A DNA stretch of 64,000 nucleotides. Origin: Lingula anatina. Its lineage: Eukaryota > Animalia > Brachiopoda. The notes under the pieces are model-generated. The model was not told where the DNA came from and searched no databases. It saw nothing but the letters and a program-made list of their open reading frames with translations. Shown here piece after piece: positions 1 through 12,200 of this stretch (positions are counted from its first letter, which is position 1; each line of letters opens with the position of its first letter). The DNA is taken from assembly GCA_051362555.1 (NCBI GenBank), contig CM120641.1, positions 32,556,401 through 32,620,400 of the forward strand, given 5' to 3'. The position numbers and the translations under genes are program-made.

Positions 1-1306
1 GTGATTTTCATTCCAGATACCATAACTAACATGATTATTGGTGCAGAAAATATAAAGTAGCAGTTAAGCTATCCACATTTAATACCATTAATTCACATTT
101 ATTACATGTACCCCCTCAAATCCGATGTTCCACTGTCATTTCCATGGAAATAAAGAAATGCCCATTAAATTGAAATGACACCACCAAAAGTCACTAAATT
201 TACGCACATACAGCATTAGGGTGTGCTCGTTAAAGGTCACGTGTCTATTAGCGTGTGTGGTTACCGCGCACTGTAGACGGCGCCACCGCCTTCAACAAGG
301 GTAACAATTCTGTTTCGTGGGATTTTGCACCATGTTTTCTAAAAAGCTTGGCGGAATTGGTCCAGACTAGTTGGGGTTTGGTTCTCTGGATTGCACACTT
401 CAGTTCATGCCACGGGTTCTCAGTAGGTTTATTATCAGGATTCAAAGATGGTTTCTCCAGCCTCAGAACTTTGGGTTTCTGCAACAAATCACTCACCACC
501 TGAGAACTGTGTGCAAGTGTGCTGTCATGATGAAGCCTGGAACACCCCCCTTAGTCCTCTCTTGCAGATGGAATGAGGTATTAGTTGAGAATGTTAGGTC
601 CAGTGACCCCAGAACTACCAGAACTTGGTCAACTATCACTAGGAACAAGCTGGTTTTGCTGAAGAATCAAGGTATTTCTTGAATGCCTTCGCTGGTCAAG
701 TTACCCTGTAGGGTCCGTAGACATGTTGCAGAATGCTTTTTGGAAAGTTTGTACAAGATAATATCGCCTGAGGTGTCAGGTCATACCACGTTTGGAGAGA
801 ATTCCAAGCCCATGGTTTTAGTGCATAGTTCTTTCCGGAAAAAAACGTTATTGGGGCAATTCACGGAAACGTTTTCAACAAATGTCTCACTCCATTTGAA
901 AGAGGTGACTTCAGAGAAACTGCAGGCGTCATCGTGGAAATGCACGTGCTCACAACTCTCGTCTGCTGAGTGATTTGTTGCAGACACCCAATGTTCAGAG
1001 GATAGAGCAATCACCTTTGAGCCAAGTTATTAACCTTACTAAACATCTGTGGCATGGATTGAAGTGTGCAATGGAAAGGAGAACCAAACTCCTAATAATC
1101 TGGACCAACTCCCCCAAGCTCTTTTGGAAGAATGGGACAATGTCCCATAAAACAGAATTGTTACCCTTGTTCAAGGCAAGCCGCGCCACCTACAGGAAGT
1201 AATTACAGTACGCGGTAAACGCAAACGCTATTATACAAGGGGCCTTTAACGAGCACACCCTAATGCCAAATGTGTGTAAATTTGGTTACATTTGGTGGTG
1301 TCATTT
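1..1306. mobile_element. Tc1/mariner-derived fold-back non-autonomous element (left end probably outside window)
   Basis: About 174-440 is a diverged inverted copy of about 1030-1306 (e.g. aacaagggtaacaattctgttt / aaacagaattgttacccttgtt). Both arms translate to decayed Tc1 transposase C-termini (PDNKPTENPWHELK on -, INLTKHLWHGLK on +; family motif PDLNPIENLW). A shorter copy lies at about 16970-17255. Confidence 0.7.
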
Positions 1307-1930
1307 GGCGCCAAGAAGTCTAGGCGGTCGATCTCACTGATCTTTCAGCCGACTGTAGTAAATGAAGGATCTCGCGGCATTGACTTCAAAATCGTTTCCC
1401 CTGCATATATATTTCAATCAAACTTGAAAACAAATTGCTTATTCTTCCCAAAATTTTTATTGCTAGCATACGCTATGTATGGTCTATATGAAGATGATAC
1501 TACATATCCTACCCACTGTCGACATTTGGTTTCATCCAGAACAGACATCCCCCCCCCCCCGCCACCCCCGCCACCAGTCCGTTTTATATCCTATTTCTAC
1601 ATCCCCTCCCCGCCCGAGATTTTTTAAAAGAATTCTCCTAGCCTATAAGCATATCATATTGAAAAATGCAGAACAATGGTTCAATATGAACACAAACATG
1701 TATGAGAAGTGAATAAGGACCTGCAATTTTTCTCTATGGAAATGGTTCGGAGATTCCAAGGATTAAAAGATATAATTGTTAGCGTTAATTTTTTTAGTAT
1801 GGTTAGTAAATTGAATACCCAGAACGTATTAAATAATAATAAGCTTCATTAGATATTCTTTTCACTGAATGCATTACAAAATATTACGATAATGAGACGA
1901 TCAAAACATGATGCCTTTTCTGCCCTAAAG

Positions 1931-4900
1931 GTTCATTCTGGCACGTGACAGACTTCCACTATGACTCCACTGTATTCACCAGTCAGGACTCGTGTACCTC
2001 TCCTGTAGCAGACATTGAGCAGAAGCCGTATGGTGACTATCTCTGTGACTCCCCTTGGTCCCTCATCAACAGCTCCGTACACGCCATGAAGCAGATTGAA
2101 CCTAACGCAGATTTTATACTCTGGACAGGGTAATATTGATATTTTAAACTTGATATTTTACTTCTTCATCTTAGGTAAGTTTGTGGGTGCTGTTTAACTG
2201 TTTTTTCCCAAAGTTTGGCTTATCCTCGTCTTACGTCAAAAGGGGATGCATTTAGGCTTGATGAAAACGAATCCCCTTTCATGAGCAAATTTTGAAGACT
2301 AAATAGAAAAAATGCATAAATATTAATTTCTTCTCATTTAAATCATTCTTAAAAGAATATTCTATAGTTACTGTACTTGGTTTATAGAAATATTAATAAA
2401 ATATGATGATTATTTTTGAAAGAAAATAAACGTAGTCTTGACTTGAAATTTTTTTAAAACTTTGTGACCAACAATTTTAATTTACTTTTACCCAAGATAA
2501 GTCATAAGTAGTCAAGTCAGAAATTCACATTGATGAAACTGATTTATTTGGGCGACATTAATTCTAGTAAATGTTAAAAGGGTTTGTAAGCATTACTGAT
2601 CCTCAGGTAAGTTCAACAAGAAGTGCATTATGTAGTAAACGTGTCTTTAAAATCTTACACTTTGTCCCTTTAAATAGGATATTTGCCGTAGCTGTTTAGG
2701 ACTTAGAAAGTAGGAAAAGTAGGTGTTAGACAAACATTAGATTTATTTGCACACAGTCATATATGTGTCCAGTGTTTGTGTATTTAAAAAAGTATGTTTT
2801 TATCATATTAAAATTGTTGCAAGGTTGAAGAATAAGTATACCCAAAATGACAGAAATATTTCAACTCGATATTCCAGGGACAACGCACCTCACATCGACG
2901 AGAGCAAGGACAGCTCTGAAAATATCATCAATATCATTTCCAATCTGACTGGTATATTAATGGACGTCTTTCCGAATACGAAAGTGTACGCAGCTCACGG
3001 TAACCATGACTACTTCCCTCACAACCAACTTCCGCCGCATGAGAATGAAATTTACCACTCAGCAGCTAACATGTGGCAACGGTGGCACCGCGATTCCACG
3101 GCCAACACTACATTAAGAAAAGGTTAACACGGCTTTAGGCCTTCATTCAGCTGATCCAGCCCATATATGAATAATGCCATTGTTTTACGACGTGTAACCA
3201 CTTTGACTTGCGTAAAAGAGTCACTCCACTCCTAACTGTCTCGTTTTCAATTTAAAGTTTTTTGAAGTTAAAAAAAGGTATGAAGGACATGAAAGGTTCT
3301 GTTGCTGTAATGTTATACAGGATTTGCTATGTTAATACTGTTTGTTATGTAAATGAATGGCCAAAGCAAAAGAACAGAATGTTTAGATAAGTATATGTTC
3401 TTTTATCATAAATGAATATTTTCATCATGCCCACAGATTCGTTTAATGTCGATCTGTCATCTTCTTTAGTCTGACCTGGCGTCACTAGATGTCGTCCGTG
3501 TCGCCAGTGATCGACAACTGTTGTTGCTGACCCGCACCTGACCATGAGGCACTACAGGAGGTCATTATACAGGTGTGGGAGAAAGCATCTGCATTCGTCT
3601 CTGCTTATATTTTTGGAGGCCTTTCTAGTCCATATTCGCTTTTACCTTCTCCTTCTGTAGGATTCTGGAACTTACAGTGTACTGGCCTTCACAGCTGAGG
3701 CGTTTGATGGAACCTCTGATGCTCTCAGTTTATCTTCTGGTGTACTAAGGGTTTCTCAGGGTGGTATGTGACGTCATGGCAGCAGCAAAGCTTATTAATC
3801 TTGAAGTAGCTATCTTTCTTTTTTAAAGCTTTTCTGCTGACACCCTTCTGACATATGGCAAAACAACCATATCCCTAAATCTTTAGAAAAGTTTTTTTAG
3901 TGAGGGGTTGTTGTTTTTATCCTTCTGTCTTTAAACTGAGTCCATTTTTTATTTCGGGAAACCATATTGCTTGAGGACATTTCTGATGTTTTTAATTCTC
4001 CTTTTTTGTCTTCCTCCTTCACGCAACCAATTGTAGACCCCGCCCCTAAGCGTCCAGACTCCTCTTGGTTAGTCTTGAATAGGATGGTGGGAATCTAAGG
4101 TGAGATATTGGTTGGCATGAGTCTTTTGTTTTCAACAACTGTTTTCCATCACTGGCGACGCGAACTTAGTGACACCAATATAGACTAAAGAAGGTATCAG
4201 ATTAACATCAACACAAATCTGTAAAAACCTATAAATATCAACAAACTATATATTTAAACTATGTTGAATATTGTCATAGGTGGCTACTACACGGTTAGTA
4301 TCAGACAAGGGTTGGTGGCTGTTGTGTTGAACACAAACTTGTATTATAACAGCAACAAAGTGACTGCTGACATCAGTGACCCCGCTGGACAATTTCAGTG
4401 GTTTGATCAGGTCTTAGATCAGGCAGCTCAAAATGGCAATAAGGTAAAAGAATTTACCACTCGAGATTCATAATGTAGTATTTTAATATTGATTACTAGT
4501 ATTCTTAAGGTAGTCCCTTTTGCAGTAGAGATCTGACCTGGCCCGTTTTTAAAATAATTTTGTTTGAAAAGAAGTGTGTAATTAAACCAGATACTACTAA
4601 ACATGTTCTCACTTCCTTATTTGCACACCGTGCATGCATGTTTCTAATCTTTCTTTTTTACTTTTTTTTTACTTTTCTTTTTTGTACTTTTGATATTTCA
4701 CAATATTTGACTAGGCTTACGTGATTGCACATATTCCAACTGGTATGTACGAGGAAGGCGATTCAATGATAAGACCACAATTCAATAAGAAACTGAATGA
4801 CCTCATCATCAAACACAAGAATACAATAGCAGCCATGTTTTACGGTCATCACCATACCGACACGTTTAAGCTTTGGTACGATCAGGGTACGTATGCTGGA

Positions 4901-5698
4901 AGGCACCATGGTTCTTATAGGCCAGCTTAAAGCTTTCTGGTGCAGGAATCAGTCGTGAAGATTTTATTCCCTTAAGCCTTTGCTACGATTGACTAAAACT
5001 GAGGTCTTACAAGTAACTAAATTGAAGTATAAATGATCCACCAAAATAAGTATATACGGATATGAATCAATAACTTAAGTAAAACTGTTTGTTTTTGACA
5101 AATGTGCCGACAAAGACATTGTTTACTAATCAAAAATATCTTTTCATTAGGTGAACCAGTAGCGTTTGGACTGGTAGCACCTTCCGTAACACCATGGCGT
5201 GCCATTGTTCCTGCCATTAACTTAAGCACACCTGCCCACAACCCAGGCATCCGGCTCTTACGATATGATAGACTGACTTACCAACTAAAAGACATTTGGC
5301 AGTATTACCTGGAATTGCCTGATGCAAATGACAAGTCCAAGGCTCAGTGGAAACTAGAATACAAATTCAGCGAGGCATATGGCGTTCACGAAATTTCCTC
5401 CACCTCACTGGCGCAGTTGGTGTCCGATTTGGAGAAGAAGACCGATGTCTTCATGAAGTATTTCCGTTATAACATAGTCAGTGCTAAAGGCGAAAGTGCC
5501 CCTACATCTTGTGACACCAATTGTCAGCGACTTTATATCTGCTCTATTAAAGAAGTAGACGATGATAGGCACAGTAAATGTGTAAAACCCGTTAGCAGTA
5601 ATGGTTTCAGGCCCGTGGTGTTTATTTCCTGGGATTTTTATTTTCTTTTTACTATAATGATTGTCTTCGGCTGCGTCAGTAAAAATCATTTTTTGTAG
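1931..5698 (+). CDS. SMPDL3B: Acid sphingomyelinase-like phosphodiesterase 3 (SMPDL3B-like), paralog 1, 5'-partial, probable GPI anchor
   Basis: Exons 1931-2129, 2878-3122, 4280-4443, 4715-4886, 5151-5698; all GT-AG with compatible phases. Metallophosphoesterase motifs WHVTDFH, WTGD, GNHD, AHIP, GHHH and PSVTPW..NPGIR. Hydrophobic C-terminal tail. The signal-peptide exon was not found in the window. Confidence 0.92.
3440..4220 (-). mobile_element. Decayed Penelope-like retroelement with inverted pLTR copy
   Basis: The minus strand gives frameshifted Penelope-type motifs NVLKQYGFPK, VVLPYVRRVSAEKL and IWTRKASKNISRDECRCFLPHLYNDLL (thumb/GIY-YIG end). About 3440-3530 recurs inverted at about 4130-4220 (cactggcgac...gactaaagaag). 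Lies in an intron of paralog 1. Confidence 0.65.
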
Positions 5699-6330
5699 TT
5701 GTCCCGGAATTGATAGTTTGAAAGTTTACCCATCAAATGAAATGTTCTTTGACATGAAATATACAAACTTGACTTTGTAAATATGTATTTTTTCAAATCA
5801 TTTTTCTTCGATTTTCCCCCATTTCTCTAATTGATAAACGAAAACAAGAATTCAAATCGTGTTTTAAATAAATTCAATAATATCAATAATTAATAATTAT
5901 CATATATGAAAGCGTTGTACGCCTAACAAAGGGTATTCATGATCAGTGTCTATTCACGGCCAATGGTGCGTCTGGTCTCATCTGGCTGCTAACAGGCTAT
6001 AAGCATTGGTTCTGACAGGTTTCTAAAAGTTTGATCTGGAATAACATTCAAGGCATCGGTCAGAGCCTGTCCGACTTGGTTCAATTTTGTAGGACCATAG
6101 GGCCGTTGATGTGGCGATCGAGTAATGACCAGATAAATTAATGCTGTGACAAACTGCGTGGCTTAATTCAAGCAACATTAAACTATATAATATATAATAT
6201 AATATAAAATATATAATATCGGTATACACAAAAAAGTGAAAACATTAAAAAGGAATGGGAACAATTATAGTTGTCATAATTTACTGAATGCTAATTAACA
6301 TCTTACTAAATCAAATTTAGTCGGACTATA

Positions 6331-7753
6331 CACTGTAAAAACAGTGTTTAGCACTTAAACACATTTCTAAGCGCCTGTTTTGTCTCATTTTTTCGACGCG
6401 TTTAGCCCCTAAGCACGTTAAGCTCCCTAACATGTTACACGCTTTGACGCGTTTGACGCCTATTAAATGTAGGGTGTATTTGCTTATCTTTTTGATGGTA
6501 AGGGTTTCAGCTGTTTTAGTCATACACACACACACACACACACACGGAGTCACGGTCACCTTTAACTGATATAGCTATTTATATCTATAACAGGGTACCG
6601 TGAACTGTCAATATCGTTGACTTAACTCGATCACCTTTACAGCGGGACTTATTCATCCTTGTGGTAGCTGATCTTGCGAGGGAGCTTATTTGAATATATT
6701 TCTGAAAATCAAGTAAGGAAAATTCATTAGTTTTCTAAAGACACGAAACAGCTATCACTTTTATTTTAAAACAGTTTTTTTCATATTTTGATTAAATGCG
6801 TTACATTATTGGTATCTATTTATTTTTTCCGGAAATAATGAACAATAGAACATCAGAATAATGGTTCATTGAAGCTTTCATCGCATGCTGGTTATTTTGG
6901 TAACCATAGTCCGAATATTTAACAAATCGCACCGCTCTAGTCGCCTACTAACCCCAAGCTCAATTTGGACTTAACTGCTAAATGTAGTTCATACAGCTCT
7001 AAGAACTAATAAACGGACATATAAGATCTTAGTACAGCATAAGACGTGTTTTGGTTATTTATAAAAAAGGTTTTCAAAACATTAAATAATGTTTTTCCAG
7101 AATGTTATAAAACGCTTATAAAGCCGCAGGGGCATCATTTTGCATGGAGTTAAAAACACCCATAACGTTACCATAACGTTATTCTATACCATCACCATCA
7201 TGTATCCAGCTGATAACGTCGTGAATTTGTTATTTGGATTATTATTTAATAGGCCTATTTTAAATAATCACACGTTACTGCAAGGAAGGACACAACGCGT
7301 TCGAGCAGGCTGCTCCACGCCTCCAACAGCTCCATACATGTACGTTTACAAGGGGAAGTGTTAAGCCAAATTGTTGAGTCTTGTAATAAACTTGTTATGG
7401 GATCGTATACCGGTGAAGCATTTTTTTTCTGTGATAAGCTTGAAAAGCTAAACGTGTTGTTCAGCAGCTCCACGCGCTTAGGAATTCCACACCTATAGCA
7501 ACTCCATATGTTTAGCAGCCTCACGCGCTTAGCAGGGGAGGTGCTTAGACACTGTGCTTAGCTTGCGATAGACTTATTGTAGAAACATAAAGCGATGAAG
7601 CTAAACGCGTAACACTGCCAACGTGTCTTGATTTTTCTTCTGTGAAACGCTTGAAAAGCTATACGTGCTTAGCTTTTACACATATTTCTAAATGCGTATA
7701 GGTGCCTAACGTGTGTTGTATGTATTTAGATGCTAAACACTGTTTTTACAGTG
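6331..7753. mobile_element. CACTG-type (CMC/EnSpm-like) non-autonomous DNA transposon
   Basis: TIR CACTGTAAAAACAGTGTTTAGCA at both ends, TA on both flanks (2-bp TSD), and subterminal cacgcgcttag-like repeats. Confidence 0.8.
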
Positions 7754-7920
7754 TAACTGAATTTAATGGGTTTAAATTTGGTTAAAGAGTTTTGCAAAAC
7801 CTGTCTCTGGTTGATAATTATAATTTACAACCCGACTTTTCGAGACATTACTGACTTTTATTCTAAAAAATTAAAATTTAAATAATCAATCTGAATTAAT
7901 ATATACTGTAATTTTAAAAT

Positions 7921-8047
7921 GCCGCATCGCCTGTTGGTTAGAGTGTCCACCTCCGGAGCGGTAAAACGCACGTGGGTTCGACTTTAGTCCGGGGACATAC
8001 CAGTCCTTCATAAACGGTACCTGCTGTCTCCCCGCTTGGCACTCAGA
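7921..8047 (+). mobile_element. Truncated tRNA-derived SINE
   Basis: A-box-like tggttagagtg and B-box-like ggttcgac, followed by aaacggtacctgctgtctccccgcttggcactcag, which resembles the central domain of mollusc-type SINEs. No complete cloverleaf. Confidence 0.5.
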
Positions 8048-8248
8048 ACTATTGACTGCAAATTAAGCACGATTTTGCACCTTCAAATTTCGAACACACG
8101 TACCATATCATGTACCTATTATTCTTACAAGTATTTTCTGCCAAAAATGCCAAAAGAAAAATTGTTATCTTATCATGTTGGTGAAAAAAATGTTTTTTCT
8201 TCGAGCCCACGTCTTCACTTCCGTTCACCTCCAGCTAAAATTTTTTAT

Positions 8249-8416
8249 GAATATCAAGAAAGTCCTAACTCCTAAAATAAAATTGATATAGTCCTGACTT
8301 TACTGCGAATATCTAGAAAGTCTTAACTCTAAAAATAACATTAAGATATTCCTAACTTCCCTATGAATAACTAGACAGTTCTACTTTTCCTAAAAATATT
8401 CATGCAGTCTTTACTT
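8249..8416. repeat. Degenerate tandem repeat (about 29/58-bp period)
   Basis: Recurring gaatatc(a/t)agaaagtc(c/t)taactc..aaaataa units. Confidence 0.55.
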
Positions 8417-8886
8417 TGTGAGTCACGTGGCGAAATAACAAAGCAAACTTATGTATTCAGTCTTTTATTTACAAGTCCATAGAAACAAAAAACCTGACAT
8501 GTAACGTAATAATACACTTTAAATGTATGCACTACTAATTAGTAACACAATTTACTGACATAATTCCGTCGTGTATCAGTAAATTGTTATAATCTGATCC
8601 TGATATGCGTCACTGAATTCCGTCACTTCAGGTAAGTTAGTCGCAGGACTTCTCTATTTACATGTAGGTCACAGCTCAAAGTTACATTAGCTTGTCTTTT
8701 ACAAGGAGAACCTGTGTTACATGTTGTAGACCTGCTAGTGTGAAAATCTCAGGGACGATTTAATGTAACAAACACTTGTGGCCTCTGCTGCTCCAGCTCT
8801 TGGGAAAGTGTTTTCTGCAACGTTGGGTTGTTGTATGTGCTTGCGTAATTAAAATATTTCTAAACTTGTTTAAAATTGCATCGCAC

Positions 8887-9224
8887 ATGTATGTAATATC
8901 CATGCTAGTGCTTATGGTGCCAGTGCAACACGTTACTGGAGACATAGGTAAGCGTCATTTATATTTTCAGAGGATTAACAAATGTACTTATGGTATTGGT
9001 ACATGTATAACTAAGCGACACATGCGATTGGTACATGTATAACTATCTACTCTTAGTTATACATGTACCAATATGAGTGTTATATCCATACTTTAAGGAA
9101 TCTAGGTAATTGACTTTGTCCTAATCTGATGTGGACTTGAAGCTGGCGGTTAACGTGATTGCCAATTCATACTCTAATTTTCCATTAATAGACCTTATAG
9201 ACTGTGGAGCCCCTCCCCTCCCCA

Positions 9225-9265
<41 letters not shown>

Positions 9266-12200
9266 ACCGTGCTTTGAAATCGCTTCCCTACTCCATTAAA
9301 TTGACATGTCAGCATCTAAATGCGTATCATAGGCGGTACGAATAACTTGTTTGCACGTATAGTAGGTACTTTAAAGGATGTCAGACATAAGAAATGTTTT
9401 AACATGACAACCATATAGAGAGTAAACTTTAATGGTCGACTGATTTAATGCGGTAGCGTACATCAGTCTGTATACCTAGAATACATCTGCAACCAAAGTT
9501 AAATCTGTGTTTAATCAGGGAATTATATCCGATATAATTCCCTGGTTTAATCTTCACTAACTTTATTTCATAATCGCGGCTTACATTGCTAGGCATAGAC
9601 GGTCTCTTCTCGATTTCCCAGGGGTCTTAGAGCGATCTTACATTAAAAGGACCCTGCATGACAACGGTCGCCTACATGCCTCAAACCCAGAAGTGTCACT
9701 ACCGATTCAGCCATTTTAACAAAGCTAGACAGCAAAGCTGGCAAATATACAAATATACAGACACCAAACCATTCTTCAAGTTCGAAATGTTCCGTTACCC
9801 CCCCCCCCCTCCGTCCATATTTCTTTTCGAACGGTTACATTTAATATGCATGTACATACCGGATCGTAAGCTGCGAAGGTGATGGGAATCACCCGAGACA
9901 TTCCAGTGCCTCGTAAATAATAAAATCAAACGAAGTTTTGCGGTATCATGTTTATAACTAATTAAAAAATAATTTAAGACCACAATAAAATTACCAGATT
10001 AAAAGACAACCCTTACTTGACGCCTTTTCTTCCCTCCAAGGCTCCTTCTGGCACGTGACAGACTTCCACTATGACTCCACTGTATTCACCAGTCAGGACT
10101 CGTGTATCTCTCCTGTAGCAGACATTGAGCAGAAGCCGTATGGTGACTATCTCTGTGACTCCCCTTGGTCCCTCATCAACAGCTCCGTACACGCCATGAA
10201 GCAGATTGAACCTAACGCAGACTTTATACTCTGGACAGGGTAAGATTTCATTTTTTAAAAATGATTCAATCTAAAGTTTATTAAGTGTTTGATTCCAATC
10301 CTCCCCCATTTTGCATAAAAGTTTTTTATTGGCAATTTAATTTAATACAAGTTATTCTTTCTAACTAGTAATTTTTTGATGAATAAGAGGACTGCCTAAA
10401 AAATAATAATAACACAAATGTGTTCCTTTCCATTATGATCATTCTACTCATTACACATGTATTTTGTTAATAGCCGTCATTCTTATAAGATATGTCTTTT
10501 ATTTCTCTTTATATAATATAACAATATATTAGTTTTCTATTGCCAGTTCAACGAGAGGCTTTGCCTTAAAGGTTTTCTTTTAATATTAACACAGACTACT
10601 TTTATCCATGTATCAATAGTTATTGAGTTAAAAATCCACTGTGTAAAATTTCCCTGCAAAAAATTCAGACTCAACGTATCTTCCTGGATAAACGTTATTA
10701 TTTCCAACTAACATACGCCTTTCTTGACACTCACAATAACTCTGTTACAATCTGGGGGAATCAAAAAATCCCCAACCCATACCAAGGACTGACTTCTGGG
10801 TTCAAACTGTGTCATCATGGTTGAAGTGGTGGGGAGGGGGCAAGATTCGTCAGGAGGTCGTAAATCAGATTGACTTTGGCGACATGATGAAAATACACTG
10901 GTACAACAATTCTACATGTCCATTCTAGGGACAGCGGACCTCACATCGACGAGAACAAGGACAGCACGGAAAATATCATCAGCACCATTTCCAATCTGAC
11001 TGGTATATTAATGGACGTTTTTCCGAATACGAAAGTGTACGCAGCCCACGGTAACCATGACTACTTCCCTGCCAACCAACTTCCGCCGCATGAGAATAAA
11101 ATTTACCGCGCAGTAGCAAACATGTGGCAACGGTGGTACCGCGATTCCACGGCCAAGAGAACATTAAGAAAAGGTAAGAGTACTTTAAGGCCTTCATTCC
11201 GATGAACCAAACTATATACTATCATTGTCATTTAGAAACTCGTTAATCATGAGGCGCGGTCCAAAATTTTAATGATAAAAAGAGGTAAATGAATACAGAC
11301 TGTGAGTAAGGTACATGTATAAGAAACTAGCATGAAACAAATATAATTCAAAATACTTGCTTTTTGTCTTGAACACAATGTACCACGTGTTACGGCTCTA
11401 TTCTGGTCCTCTGGTCCTCTATTCTGGCACGGAGAGACACAGTAGGCCTACGTTACGTTAGCTCTGTTTTGACCCCGAGAATATTAGTCTTATAGGCTTA
11501 AATTTTGGACACCTGCTAGTAGCATGGCGTTCGAGGGGGAACGTTCACTGAAAATAAAATCGGAGTCCAAGTGACTTCAAACTTGCAGTCCAGCAGTGGT
11601 GCCTAAAATAACTCCCAATTGGTGTCAAGTTGACTCCGATGGAGTAACGCCATCCCAGACCCCACAGGAGGGTCACAATTGACTCCATTCACACATCCCT
11701 TCATCCCTTGATTTATCTCTACAAAACAGTCACCATGACCCCATATTAAGGAATTTTTGACTCCTTGGCTCATTGTAAAACGAAACAACAACAGTGCCAA
11801 GCGGGGAGACAGCAGGTACCGTTGATGAAAGACCGGTATGTTCCCGGTGGGAGTCAAATTAACTCCGTGAGGGTCAAGGGGTGCTAGACTCTGACTAGAG
11901 AGTTAAATGACTCCAGTTTTATTCTCAGTGTTCGTTACTACGTGCAATAGTTTACAAACACAATTCACGGGCATATGGTTGATTCGCGAGATCAACGCGC
12001 TAGTAAGAGAACGGTGATATGTTTCAGCATAAAGATAAATTGCAGAAAAAGCTTACGTCTCTAGTATATTGCTTATATAATTCTTTGTTAAGGTTCTCTT
12101 CATGACTCAATCCCTAACCGAGCACTTGGGTTAACCTGAAACATAAGAGCGTAAGACTGGGTTCCCGAAAACCTATCGTACTGCAAGAATCTGTCTAACT

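Noticed and set aside
7921-7995. Possible tRNA gene
   Set aside because: A/B boxes are present, but there is no consistent cloverleaf or acceptor stem and the sequence continues into a SINE-like body.
8249-8416. Regularly spaced repeats as a CRISPR-like array
   Set aside because: Degenerate tandem units without unique spacers, in a eukaryotic context with no cas genes.
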